A stretch of 64,000 nucleotides of DNA from Mobula hypostoma (taxonomy: Eukaryota). Shown here piece by piece: positions 12,190-24,049 of this stretch. Each line of letters opens with the position of its first letter. Positions within the stretch are counted from its first letter, which is position 1. Both the position numbers and the translations under genes were made by a program. The notes beneath the pieces were generated by a model. The model saw only the letters and a program-made list of their open reading frames with translations. It was not told the origin of the DNA and did no database searches. The DNA lies in contig NC_086097.1 of the NCBI RefSeq assembly GCF_963921235.1, positions 239,880,001 through 239,944,000 of the forward strand. Direction: 5' to 3'.

Positions 12190-12490
12190 GGATGATGGCA
12201 CCTAACGGCGACTCCTCTGCTTGCATCTTCAGAAACAGCTCTATTTCTATCTTTAATGTCTTTTTTTTTCCTTTCAAGGTTCTTTTAAAGACCCTGACCT
12301 GGAGTTACACACTGACTTCAGTTCTTTGCAGGAATGGGACCCGCTCTCAGGGCCTCACGACCGGCCTTTTTTCGATATGCCAAGGACGCAGCCTAGAAGA
12401 CTAATGCGCCTTCAGGTTGCTGGATTTTCATGGCTCTAAAGTTAGACGGATTCGAGGTCGAGGCCGCCGCAGAAAACTCAAGTTCTCAGC
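12190..12490 (+). repeat. 5' part of an unclassified non-autonomous retroelement
   Basis: Homologous to 20455-20640 (GACCCTGA.CT.GAGT.ACAC; TCGATAT.CCAAGG....GCCTAGAAGAC). Confidence 0.5.
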
Positions 12491-12859
12491 ATAATTTTGA
12501 TTTGCAGAGTCCGGCTTCTTGTGCGCACTGTCAGCCCAGTCCATCACGGGTAAAACCCTCCCAACCATTGAGCGCACCTGCACAAAGGTTTGTCACAGGG
12601 ATGCAGCATCCATCATCAGGGACCCCCACCATCCAGAACGTGCTCTCTTCTCTCATCAGAAAGAGGGTAAAGGAGCCTGAGGACACACAACCAGGTCTGA
12701 ACCCGTTACTACCCGTCAACTATCAGACCCTTGAGCCAAAGGGGATAACTTCACTCAATTTTACTTTCCCCATCATTGAAATGATCCACAATCGATGGAT
12801 TAACTCTCAAGGGCTCTTCATCTCATGTTCTCAATATTTATTACTTACTTATTTATCTC

Positions 12860-13970
12860 AATTCAATTTGAGTTTAATTGTCATTTAACCATATATGAAT
12901 CCAGCCAAATGAGAGAACATTACTACGGGGTCAAGGTGCAAAGACACACCACCAACAGTTACACACAGGAAGCACACACAAGATCACAATCTCGTAATAG
13001 GAGTCCTGAGGCCCACCTCCCCGCCTCCCACCCACACCCCCCCCCCACAGTGCTGAGGCTTGATGCATCAATCACAGAATATCAGTAAAATACAATAACG
13101 CGTGTATATATAAGTCTAGACCGCCCCCCAGCCTACCGATATCGTCTGTCGACTAGGCGACACCTATCCTCGACCCAACACCCGACTCTCTCAAGGCAAA
13201 TCTGTAGCTTTGAAGCCCAGTCCTTGCATATATAAGCACATATAGAATACTAGTAAAAACACCAGACAAATATATATATATATGTATATTATCCAGAGCC
13301 CTCAGTCCATTTTAAATCTTTAGTCACCATAACTGCACTACGCCACCCGCAGTAGAGTGCACTGGCTTAGACGTCTCTCCTCCAGTGACTGAGAAGCCAG
13401 CAATGCCGCAGCCTGAGGCCTGAGTCCACTGAGTGCCGTTAAAGAATCTACAGCTGGCCACAACAGAGCTTGTCTTCTTCCCAGTGAAACTCTGGGAGGG
13501 CATCTGCGACTCCATTCTACACAGCGTGCCTCACTGTCCCCAGTGAAGCGCAGCAGTTTCGTCCCCTCACTCTGGACAGCTACGAGCCAGACAACACTGT
13601 GGCTTCTGGCCTAGTCCCCGCGACAACCAACGGCTAGGCCCCCGGCTCGTATTCAGTAAATCAGCGAATCGGATTTGCACCGGACCAGATTAACAATATC
13701 CAAAGGGGTCCTGTGATCCCAAGAAAAGTGACCATGATGGCCACTCGCTATTGGACTGTAAGTCTCCCTTGACTCAGGCAGCTGCACGTAGCCCAGGTCC
13801 TTTATCATCTCTGCCAGCGAGCAACTCGCTGATGGTGCAGACCTGCAGACCTTTGAGTTCTTAACTTATAGCAGGATTTTGCAATCATTAGAAGCACATT
13901 TAAGTAGAACAGTAGCACCTTTTGTTGCCCCCATAGAAGCGACTGCAAACAGTCACACCACCATCTTGAT
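12860..13970 (-). mobile_element. Non-coding non-autonomous retroelement (Rex1-like ends)
   Basis: The minus strand begins AAGATGGTGG and ends in an AATTAAAC..TTGAAT-type tail. No ORF. It is inserted in a Rex1-type 3' end (12720-14190). Confidence 0.45.
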
Positions 13971-14394
13971 GGAAGAGTTATTTATTATTATTATTTATCC
14001 TTTTTGTACTTGCACAGTCTGTTGTCTTCTGCACCCTGCTTCAACTCCCTAGTTGAGTGATCTTTCATTGATACTGTTATGGTTATTATTCTATAGACTT
14101 TTTGAGTATGCCCACAAGAAAACGAATCACAGATTTGTATATGGTGACATGCCTGTACTTTGATAATAAAGTTTACTTTGAACATTGAAGTAATAGAAAA
14201 GCAGATGGTGCCCAATTATTTGACTGAAACATTGATTAACATATAAATGATGGGGATAATGTAATGTTCACATTCATTTTAGACCTCCTGAGAAGCTTCC
14301 CCCAAATATGGACCAAAGTATCTTGGTCTGACCTACTCCTGCACTTGCTGACATCAGATCCCACTCACACACACATAAAAGCACATTGATGCAT

Positions 14395-14720
14395 AGGGCG
14401 CCGTGTTAACGTATCAGTTAGAGGGACAATATTTCAGCTTGGGGCATTGGAATTTGGAGTTCAGCCGCGGCACCCTCTGTAAGGAGTCTCTGTGTGTTCT
14501 CCCCGTGGAATGTGTGGGTTTTCCCCAGCTGCCCCAGTTTCCTCCCACAGTCCAAAGACTTACCCGCTAGGTTAATTGGTCATTGTAAAATGTCCCGTGA
14601 TTAGATTAAGGTTAAGACATGTTGGTTGGGGGTTGCTGGGGCGGGACTGCTCAAAGGGCCAAAAGGACCTACTCTGCGCTGTATCGCTAAATAAACAAAC
14701 AAACAAATAAATAAATAAAT
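14395..14720 (+). mobile_element. tRNA-derived SINE (V-SINE-like) with A-rich tail
   Basis: TTCCTCCCACAGTCCAAAGAC V-domain-like motif; (AAAC)n(AAAT)n tail. Confidence 0.75.
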
Positions 14721-15183
14721 TGACTTGAAGTAGGAGCGCGTATTGTTGATTTGGTCCGTCTGTACTACTCTCTAACTTATCAAGGTCATGACTGATCTTC
14801 TATCATTTACCTTCACTGCTTCCATATTCCTTGATTCCCTTCATATCCAAAATCCATCTGTTTTGAATTAAGTCAATGACTGAGCCTTCGCTGAACACTG
14901 GAGCAGAAAACCAATTAAAAATGATGAATTAAACAATAAACTATATAAGCTATCAAACTTAAACTTTCTCATCTTAACTTGAGACAAAAATTCCCTGCTG
15001 AAGTTAATGGAGTTTCCAGTCTTGGATCAGATCTAGCAGACATTAGATGGAAGACAGATTCACCAGTAGAAGATATAGGTCAAAGTTAAAGTTTCAAAGT
15101 AAATTTATTGTCAAAGTACATATATGTCACCATGTACAACCACTTTCTTGCAGGCATGCTCAATAAATCTTTAATAGGATAAT

Positions 15184-15284
15184 CGTCGTGGTGGCTATCC
15201 CTCGAGGTGGAGGATGATGGTCTTCGTTCTGTTGATCTACTTATGGGCTCTCAAGTGGCTTATGAGTCCAATCTTCGCTTTGAA
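15184..15284 (-). mobile_element. Extremely 5'-truncated RTE 3' end with 11-bp TSD
   Basis: The minus strand encodes KAKIGLISHLRAHK*. TSD AATAGGATAAT at 15173-15183 and 15285-15295. Confidence 0.75.
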
Positions 15285-15499
15285 AATAGGATAATAACCA
15301 TAATGGAATCAATGAAAGACCTCATCATCTTGGGCATTCAACCAGTGTGCAAAAGACAACAAACTCTGCCAATTCAAAAAAAAGAAATAATAATAATCAT
15401 AAATAAATAAGCAATAAATATTGAGGAAATGAGATGAAGAGTCCTTGAAAGTGAATCCATAGGTTATGCGAGCATTTTTTCTTGATGGCAGCAGCAAGA

Positions 15500-17150
15500 A
15501 GAGAAATAGGAAAAGAACCAGGCCATTTGGCCTTTCAGATCTGTTCCACATTTCAGACATGATTTAGTAACTCTCTTAACCCCATTCTTTTGCCTTCTCC
15601 TCATAACCTTTGATGCCCTTACCAATCAAGAAACTATCTCCATTGGCTTTATATATCCCATTGACTTGGCCTCCATTGCCATCCATGGCAATGAATTCCA
15701 CGTTCACCATAAGTCCATAAGACATAGGAGCAGAATTAGGTGACTCGGCCCATCTAGACAACTCCACTATTCCATAATGACAGATTTATTATCCCTCTCG
15801 ACCCCGTTCTCTTGCCTTCTCCCCATTAACTTTGATGCCATACTTATCGAGAACCTATCAACTTCTGCTTTAAATATACTCAATGGTTTGGCCTTACAAC
15901 CATCTGTGGCAATGAATTCCATAGGTTCACCACTCTCTGGCCAAAGAAATTCCTCCTCATTTCTGTTCTAAATGGATACTCCTTTATTCTGAGGCTGTGT
16001 CCTTTGGTGCTAGAGTCACCCACTGTAGGAAACATCCTCTTCAGATCCACTCCATCTAGGCCTTTCAATATTTGGTAAGTTTCAATGAGTACAGGCCCAG
16101 AGCACTTTCATTCGCAGAATCAAACCTGTGAACCTCCTCTCCAATGCTAGCACATCTTTTCTTATATATGGCGCCCAAAACGGTTCAAAATATTCAAAGT
16201 GTGGTCTGGCCAATGCCTTATAAAGCCTTGGCATCGCACCTGTGCTTTCATATTCTAGTCCTCTTGAAAAGAATGTTAAAATTGTATTTGCCCTCCTTTA
16301 CACTGACTCAAACTGCAATTAAACCTTTAGGGAGTCTTGCAAAAAGGAATCGCAAGTCACTTTTCTCCTTTGATATGGAATTTTCTGCTCACTTAAACAA
16401 TAGTTTACACCTTTATACCTTCTGCCAAAATGCATGACCACATACTTCCCTACAATATATTTCATCTGCCACTTTTTGCCCATTCTTCTGATATGTCTAA
16501 GTCCTTCTGCAGACTCCCTGCTTCCTCAACACTACATACCCCTTCATCTACCTTTGTATAGTCGGAAAACTTGGCAACAAGGACATTAATTCTGTCATCC
16601 AAATCATTGACACCTAATGTGAAAAGAAGCATTCACAATACTGAACCCCTGCAGAACACCACTAATCACCAGCATTCAGCAAGAAAAGGCTCCCTTTATT
16701 CCCACAATTTGCCACCTGCCAATCACCCAATCTTCTGTCTATGCTCATATCTTTTCTTTAATGCCCTGGGCTTTTGTCTTGTTAAATAGCTTCATGTGTG
16801 TCACCTTATCAAAAACTTTCATAAAATCCAAGTAAACAACATCTGCTGACTCCTCCTCCTCTGTTATTTCATCAAAGAATTCCCACAGATTTGTTCAGCA
16901 AGATATCCCCCGACAGAAACCACGTTGCCTCCAAGCACCTCGAAACATTATATAATCTACTCCAACATCTTCTGAACCACTTAAGACTGGCTAACCTGCC
17001 TATAATTTCCTTTCTTCTGTCTCCCTCACTTCTTAAAGAGTGGAGTGACATTTGCAATTCTCCAGTCTTCTGGAACCATTCGAGAATCTTGTGATTCTTG
17101 AAAGATCATTACTGATGCTTCCACAATCTCTGCAGCAGCCTCATTCTGAA
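15500..17150 (-). mobile_element. Degenerate CR1 LINE fragments (two 3' ends plus RT)
   Basis: TKGHSLRI...FRTEMRRNFF.QRVVNLWNSLP; homologous to 28771-30300. Confidence 0.8.
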
Positions 17151-17199
17151 CATAGAACATAGAAATCTACAGAACATTATAGGCCTTTTGGCCCACAAT

Positions 17200-17835
17200 A
17201 ATAATAATAATTAAATATGTAATAGATGCCAAGAATATGAGATGAGGAGTCCTTGATAGTGAGTCCATTGGTTGTGGCAACAGTTCAGTGATGGAGTGAT
17301 TGAAGTTAACCCCTCTGGTTTAAGAGCCTGATGGTTGAGGGTTAATAACTGTTCCAGAACCTGGTGGTTCCTGCTTTCCTGCAACAATGCTTCGTGTAGA
17401 TGTGCTCAATGGTGAAACGGGCTTTATCCATGATGGACTTGGCAATATCCACTACTTTCTGTAGGATTTTCCATTCAAGTACATTGGTGTTTCAATTCCA
17501 GGCTGTGATGGAGCCAGTCAATATACTCTCCACCACACATCTGTAGAAGTTTGACAAAGTTTTAGATGTCTTGCCAAATCTTTGCAAACTCCTAAGGAAG
17601 TAAAGGCACTGATGTGCTTTCTTTGTAATTCCACTTACATTCTGGGCCCAGGGCAAGTCCTCGGAAATGATAGCACCGAGGAATTTAAAGTTGCAGACCA
17701 TCTCCACCACTAATTCTACAATGAGGACTGACTTATGGACTTCCCGTTTCCTCCTCCTTGAGTTAATAATCAGCTCCTTAATTTTGCTGACATCGAGTAA
17801 GAGGTTGTTGTAGTGACACTACTCAGCCAGATCTT
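17200..17835 (-). mobile_element. Rex1/Babar 3' fragment
   Basis: NFKFLG..ISEDL.W......KKAHQCLYFLR in ORF 17492-17710. Confidence 0.75.
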
Positions 17836-17871
17836 AACAATACCTGGTCATTATTATACTGGGGAGTGTCA

Positions 17872-18197
17872 TCATCATCATCATCATCATCAGGTGCCGG
17901 GCCCAGTTTGAGCTTTGACTGCCACGGCCCACACACTCCTGTTTCAGGTCAAGTGGATCAATTCATTGGTATTCATTTCCAGTTCTCCGGCTGCTGTCTT
18001 CATCATCATTTGTCTTTGTCTTACTTTTGCTTTCTTCCCTTCAATCTTTCCCATAATTATCGTGCATTCTAACTCCTCTTTCCTAATCACATGTCCAATG
18101 AAGTTACATTGCCTTTTCATGATCTCATACATTATTTCTCTTTTTGTGCTTGCTCTGTTCATGACATCCTCCTTAGATATTCATTTCGTCCATGATA
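17872..18197 (-). mobile_element. 5'-truncated RTE with (TGA)n tail and 12-bp TSD
   Basis: RQCNFIGHVIRKEELE..IIMGKIEGK. TSD TGGGGAG(T/C)GTCA at 17860-17871 and 18198-18209. Confidence 0.8.
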
Positions 18198-18294
18198 TGG
18201 GGAGCGTCACCAGCATCAATCTCACCATCCTCAGGATACTTTTGGAGAACAGACAAGGGAACAGCACATGAGATCCTCTATTTCTCCTTGCTGT

Positions 18295-19160
18295 GAATTT
18301 GCTGATGATACAACAATTGCTGGCAGAATTTCAGAAAGAGACGAAAGGTCATACAGGAGTGACATATATCAGCTAGTCGAGTGGTGTCACAGCAGCGAGC
18401 TTGCACTCAACCTCAATAAGACCAAAGAACTGATTGCAGACCTCAGAAAGGGTAAGACAAGTGAACACACACCAGTCTGCACTGAGGAATCAGAAGTGGA
18501 AAGCATGAGTGATTTCAAGTTCCTGATTGTCAATATCTCTGAGGACCTAACCTGGTCCTAACATATCGATGAAGCTACAAAGAAGGCATCTCAGTGGCTA
18601 TATTTCATTAGGAGTTTGAGGAGATTTGGTATGTCACCTAAGAACTTGTAAATTTCTACAATTGTACCATGGAGAGCATTCTAGCTAGCTGCATCACCGT
18701 CTGGTATGGGGGGAGAGGGGGCTGAATGCTACTACATAGGATCGAAGTAAGCTGCAGAGAGCTGTAAACTTAGACATCTCCAACATGGGCCTCCATAGTA
18801 TCCAGCACATCTTCAAGGGTCAATGCCTCTAAAAGGCTGAGTTCATCATCAAGGACCCCCACCACCCAAGGATGCCCTCTTCTCATTGCTACCATCAGGT
18901 AGAAGCCTGAAAGCACAAACTCTATGATTCAGAAGCAATTGCTTCTCGTCTGCCATCCGATTTCTGAATGGACATTGAACCCATGAACATGACCTCACTG
19001 CCTTTTTCTTTTTCTTTTTGCACTACTTATTAAATTTAACTATTACATATATATATTTATTGTAATTTATTGTTTATTATTATATATTACATTGTATTGT
19101 TGCCGCAGAGTCAACAAATTTCACAACATATGCTGGTGTTATTAAACCTGATTCTGATTC
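18295..19160 (+). mobile_element. Rex1/Babar LINE 3' fragment
   Basis: FADDTTI, LN..KTKELI.D; (GATTCT)n tail at about 19150. Confidence 0.85.
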
Positions 19161-19628
19161 TCTGTATAAAAGCACTTTGAATCTTGTTTCTGAAAAAGAA
19201 GAAGAATCACTGAGAAATCCTGAATGTGCCTGATCTCTGATTCTTTCTTCATGGACCACTTCCTGTGAGCTGATGTGGAACAAGCTTTATGTGAAGATTG
19301 GCACACAGTGAGAACCAGGAATCTGGTACCAACATCTGTCAGGGATGTCCAAAGGAATGGTCTCACCCAAGTTTGTCCTTGGGTCTCACAGATTGGTCCC
19401 TGAAATTAGAAAACATTATGGCTTATTTAATAGTGTAATTTAAAATCAATGGAGAGAATCCTTGTTTAAATGTGCTCTTGTTCAGGCCGGCAGTCCCAGA
19501 GGAGAATGTAATTTCCATATATAAAGTTGCACAGTTAGATTTAATGATTTGAGAATAAAGAATGCATCACCAGCAGCTCGTGCCTTTGAAAATAAAGTGA
19601 GTACAAAATTACTTCCAATTTTACTGGA

Positions 19629-19821
19629 ATTTTTGCAACACACAAAATGCTGGAGGAACTCAGCAGACCAGGCAGCATCTATGGAAAAAGTACAGTTGAC
19701 ATTTTGGGCCGAAACCCTTCGACAGGACTCAAACGGCCCGAAATGTCTACTGAACTTTTTTTCCATAGATTCTGCCTGGCCTGCTGAGTTCCTCTAGCAC
19801 TTTGTGTGTGTTGCAAAAATT
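19629..19821. mobile_element. PLE-derived inverted-repeat hairpin
   Basis: Arms at about 19629-19711 and 19734-19821 are reverse complements; PLE pLTR sequence. Confidence 0.8.
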
Positions 19822-20049
19822 TGTGGTAAACTAGACCACCTGGCATGCTGAGCAAGGGTATAGGATCAACGATCAACTTGATTCGACATTTTTACGTTTA
19901 TACATAAAAGGAATTTACTGTGGTGTGTTGGTCAAGTGCTGCAACAAAAAATAACATTCAACAATTATAAAGTATAAAGACTTATATAAAAATAAAGTTA
20001 GAGGTTAAACTACAGATATGGAATAAAATGTGTATAAATTTCTTTAGCC

Positions 20050-20129
20050 CAAGGGCTCCCAGATTAGGGTCCACAGACCGCTTGCTTCATAGTATTGGTC
20101 CATGGCATAAAAAAGTTTGGGAACCCCTG
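20050..20129. mobile_element. 80-bp hAT (Charlie-like) MITE
   Basis: Termini CAAGGGCTCCCA and TGGGAACCCCTG. 8-bp TSD CTTTAGCC (20042-20049) and CTTTAGAC (20130-20137). Confidence 0.7.
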
Positions 20130-20454
20130 CTTTAGACTGAGGGTGGTGAATTTGTGGAATTCATTGCTACAGAGGGCTGTGGAGGCCAAATTATTGGGAA
20201 TAGTTAAAGCAGATGTTCGTAGGTTTATACATTAAAGGCTATGGGCTGAAGGCAGGAGAGTCTGGTTGAGAGCGTAATAAATCAGCCATAATGGAATGAC
20301 AGAATTAGTATTTAGGATATACTGTAGAACATTAGAAAAAGAAGTGAATATGTTTAGGAAATATACACTCTTACACTAGTGGACAGAGCTAAGATGATGT
20401 CATATAATGACTCTTTCAGGCTTTTCTGTGGAAACAGCTTAATTTCTACCTTTA

Positions 20455-20723
20455 ATGTCACTCCTTTCCTTTGCAATGTGAATGGAGATCTGTTGAGGAC
20501 CCTGAACTAGAGTCACACTCAAACTTGTATTCTTTATGGCAATGGCTCACTGACCAGCTGTTTCTCGATATCCCAAGGGTGTGGCCTAGAAGACAAGCTT
20601 GCGTTTGGAGTTCCGAGGCTTCACGGACCAGGGGATGAGCCAATTCTGTGCTGCTGCCACTGAAAACAGAATATCTGGAACAGAGGATCAGCTTTCGGGG
20701 GCTTTGTACTCAGATCTCTCTCT

Positions 20724-20803
<80 letters not shown>

Positions 20804-21270
20804 ATCTTATTGGTGGGGGAGAGTTAGTTGTCAATTTTCGAGTGGGAGAACTCAGAAAAAGTGATACAGCAGACTTTAACACAATAAATTAGTGAGTTGT
20901 TTTGTTTCTGTCTCCCATCTCACCAAGTGTCACCTCTCTGCCCTTTTATTCAGGAGAGAGAGCCTGTGGTGTGTCAAATTGCTGGGTGAATGATTAGTTT
21001 TTGGTGTACTACAGATCATGGTGTTTCTTGGGAGCTTTGTGGTTGCTTACTTGGTGGGTGAAGGGTGCTGATGCTTTTTGCTGAAGTAAGTGGGTGAGGG
21101 GAGGCTCGTCGCTTTGCTGCTGCTTGTGCGTGGGAGGGGACGAACGGGGCAACTTTGGGGTTCAAATTTTATTGTCATTCATTCTTTGGGGAAATCTGTT
21201 TTTGTGGATGTCTGCAAAGAAAAGAATTTCAGGTTGTACATTGTATACATTCTCTGATATTAAATGGAAC
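20455..21270 (+). repeat. Non-autonomous retroelement with a Rex1-like 3' end, containing a (CT)n microsatellite
   Basis: 5' homology to 12190-12490; 3' end GAATTTCAGGTTGTA..TATACATTCTCTGATATTAAA. Confidence 0.45.
20715..20802. repeat. (CT)n microsatellite
   Basis: Directly visible. Confidence 0.95.
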
Positions 21271-21282
21271 TACTGAACTAAT

Positions 21283-22467
21283 TAACTTTATCAGGTACAG
21301 AATTGGAACCTGGTGTGGTCTTCTGCTGTTGCAGCCCATTCAGATCAAGGTTTGACATGTTCTGTGTTCAGAGATGCTCTTTTGCACACCACTGTTGTAA
21401 TAATTATGATTATGATTATGAGAACATGCAGTCCACTTTTATCGTCATTTAGTAATGCATGCATTAAGATGATAAAAATGTTTTTCCAGAATGATGTCAC
21501 ACAAACACATGACAAACCGACTTAAAAACTAACAAAAAACACATAATTATAACATATAGTTACAAAGCAATACCGTAATTTGATAAAGAACAGACCATGG
21601 CTCAGTAAAAGCCTCAAAGTCTCTCGAAAGTCCCATCATCTCACGCAGACGGTGAACCTCCAGCGCCGCCAACTTGCCGATGCAGCATCCTGGAAGCATC
21701 CGACCACAGTCCGACTCCGAGTCCGTCTGAAAAACTCCGAGCCTCCGACCACCTATTCGACACCGAGCACCGAGCACCATCTCCGCCGAGCGTTTCAATC
21801 CCGGCCCCGGCAACAGGCGATACGCAAAGCTGAGGATTTGGGGCCTTTGTCTCCGGAGATTCTCGATCGCACAGTAGCAGCGGCTGCAAGCAGGCATTTT
21901 AGAAGTTACTCCAGGTGTTCTTCTGCGCTTCTCACGGCTGTCTCCATCAAATCCGGATTGTGCACGGCACCCCGAGTTACACATATCGATATTCATTCGG
22001 AACGGCCACGCGCACTGCGTCGCACCGCCATCTTCTCCTCCCTCCTGCAGCATGGTTACTTAAGATACTGACACCTTCCCGTCAGCTTGAACCAGACTGG
22101 CCATTCTCCTCTAACCTCTCTCATTAACAAGTTATTTTTGCCCACAGAACTGCTACTCACTGGATGTCTTTTATTTTTGTCTTTTGCACCATTCTCTGGA
22201 AATTCTAGATACTGTTGTGTGTGCAAATCCCAGGAGGTCAGCAGTTTCTCAGATACTCAAACTGCCTTGTCTAGCATCAATAATCATTCCATGGTCAAAG
22301 TCACTTAGATCATATTTCTTCCCCACTCTGATTCTTAGTCTGAACAACAAATGAACAACAAGTCTGCATGCTATCATGCACTGAGTTGCAGCCACATGAT
22401 TGGCTGATTAGATATTTGCATTAACATGCAGGTCTACAGTTGTACCTCATAAAGTGGCCACTGAGCG
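21283..22467 (-). mobile_element. Second copy of the deleted Tc1 family of 10779-11593, interrupted by an insertion
   Basis: 22070-22467 is homologous to 11190-11593. Right TIR AAAGTGGCCACTGAGCG is followed by TA; the left TIR is partial. Confidence 0.75.
21401..22046 (-). mobile_element. CpG-rich non-autonomous retroelement (~650 bp) with (CATAAT)n tail
   Basis: The minus strand starts GGAGAAGATGGCGGTGCG and ends in (CATAAT)3. It splits the Tc1 derivative at CTGTTGTAA. Confidence 0.6.
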
Positions 22468-22661
22468 TATATTTTAAGTATTTCATTTTCATCAATCCAA
22501 TTTTAACAGTTTTTAACAGCAGGAACATTAGGTATTCATGATGTTAAGGTGCTTAAAGACAGATTAGGTTGACTAGGTCTACATATATTCACTGCTGTTT
22601 TGAAATATAATAGGGTTTCTTGTTCAAAGTTATAACATTCAGAAAGTATGATACAAAAGTA

Positions 22662-22726
22662 CAGTGCTGTGCAAAAGTCAAAGGCACCTATGCATAACTA
22701 AGGTGGCTGAGACTTTTGCATACTAT
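22662..22726. mobile_element. ~65-bp Tc1-type mini-MITE
   Basis: TA-CAGTGCTGTGCAAAAGTC ... GACTTTTGCA; a second copy lies at 22921-23808. Confidence 0.6.
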
Positions 22727-22920
22727 AGTAATTATTGTACTATAGTAATTTTATGTACTCTGCTGTACGGCTGTTGCAAAAGAAACAAATTTCATTACAT
22801 ACGCGAGTGATGATAAACCTGATTCTGATCTGGGCTCTCCACTCTCACCACTTTCAGCATCCTTTGCTCCTTTGCACCTCCAGATTTACAAACTCGCTCT
22901 CCGCTCCACACTGACAAATA

Positions 22921-23808
22921 CAGTACTGTGCAAAATACTTAGCCACCCTAGCTACAGTACCTATAAAAAGTATTCACCTCCCTTGCAGGTTTTCATGTTT
23001 TATTGTTTTACAACTTTGAATCACAGTGGATTTAATTTGGCTTTTTTTTTTGACACTGATCAACAGAAAATACTCATCTTGTATCAAAGTAAAAACAGAT
23101 CTCTACAAGGTGATCTAAATTAATTACAAATATAAAACACAATAATTGATCGCTTAAGTATTTGTCCCCTTCAAGTCAATATTTAGTAGATGCACCTTTG
23201 GCAGAAATTACAGTGTTGTGTCTGTGTTGATAGATCTCTATCATCTTTGCACATCTGGACACTGCAATTTTTCCCCTTTATTCTTTTCAAAACTGCTCAA
23301 GCTGTCAGATTGCATGGGGTTTGTGAGTGAACAGTCCTCTTCAACTCCAGCCACAAACTCTTATTTGGACTAAATTCTGGACTCTGACTTGGCCAGTCCA
23401 GGACATTAACTTTGTTGTTTCTAAGACATTCCTGTGTAGCTTTGGCTTTATGCTTGGGGTTATTCTCTTGCTGCAAAACGAATCTTCTCCCAAGTGGCAG
23501 TTCTCTTACAGACTGCCTCAGGTTTTCCTCCAAGATTTCCCTGTATTTTGTTGCATTCATTTTACCCTCTACCTTCACAAGCCTTGCAGAGCCTGCTGCA
23601 GTGAAGTATTCCCACAGCATGATGCAGCCACCACCATGCTTCATGGTAGGGATGGTGTGTTTTTGATGATGTGCAGTGTTTGGCTTATGCTAAACATAGC
23701 GTTTAGTTTCAATGTTGTAAAACACTAAAACATGAAAACTTTCAAGGAGGGTGAATACATTTTATAGGAACTGTATACATGTCTGTCTAGGCCTTTTGCA
23801 CAGCACTG
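22921..23808. mobile_element. Tc1-type mini-MITE split by a nested Tc1
   Basis: TIRs CAGTACTGTGCAAAA and TTTTGCACAGCACTG with TA flanks. Confidence 0.7.
22955..23773 (-). mobile_element. Internally deleted Tc1 transposon with degenerate catalytic C-terminus
   Basis: TIRs of about 60 bp (CAGT.CCTATAAAAA.GTATTCACC) and TA TSD at 22953-22954 and 23774-23775. ORF 23297-23644 KHGGG.IMLW...FVLQQENNPKH...WPSQSPEFSP. Confidence 0.9.
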
Positions 23809-24049
23809 TATATCTCTAATGAGGAAATCCAGAACAAGGATACTAATGTACAAATTAGAATGAAAAATTCAGAGAAATTTCTTTGGCCAGAGTGCAATGA
23901 ACCGAAGGAACTTTCCAAAGATGGAAATCAGTGGAGGACAAGACAAAAGATATATCGAAGAGCTTTAGATACATTTTTGAATGCTAAACCAATCAAAATT
24001 AATGGGATTAAGGCTCAAACAGGTACTGAAGTGAATGATTTTCTATAAT

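Noticed and set aside
21547..22071. Overlapping 160-170-aa ORFs and a CpG island as a promoter or first exon
   Set aside because: It lies in an insertion with a tandem-repeat tail that splits a Tc1 relic; long ORFs are expected in GC-rich sequence.
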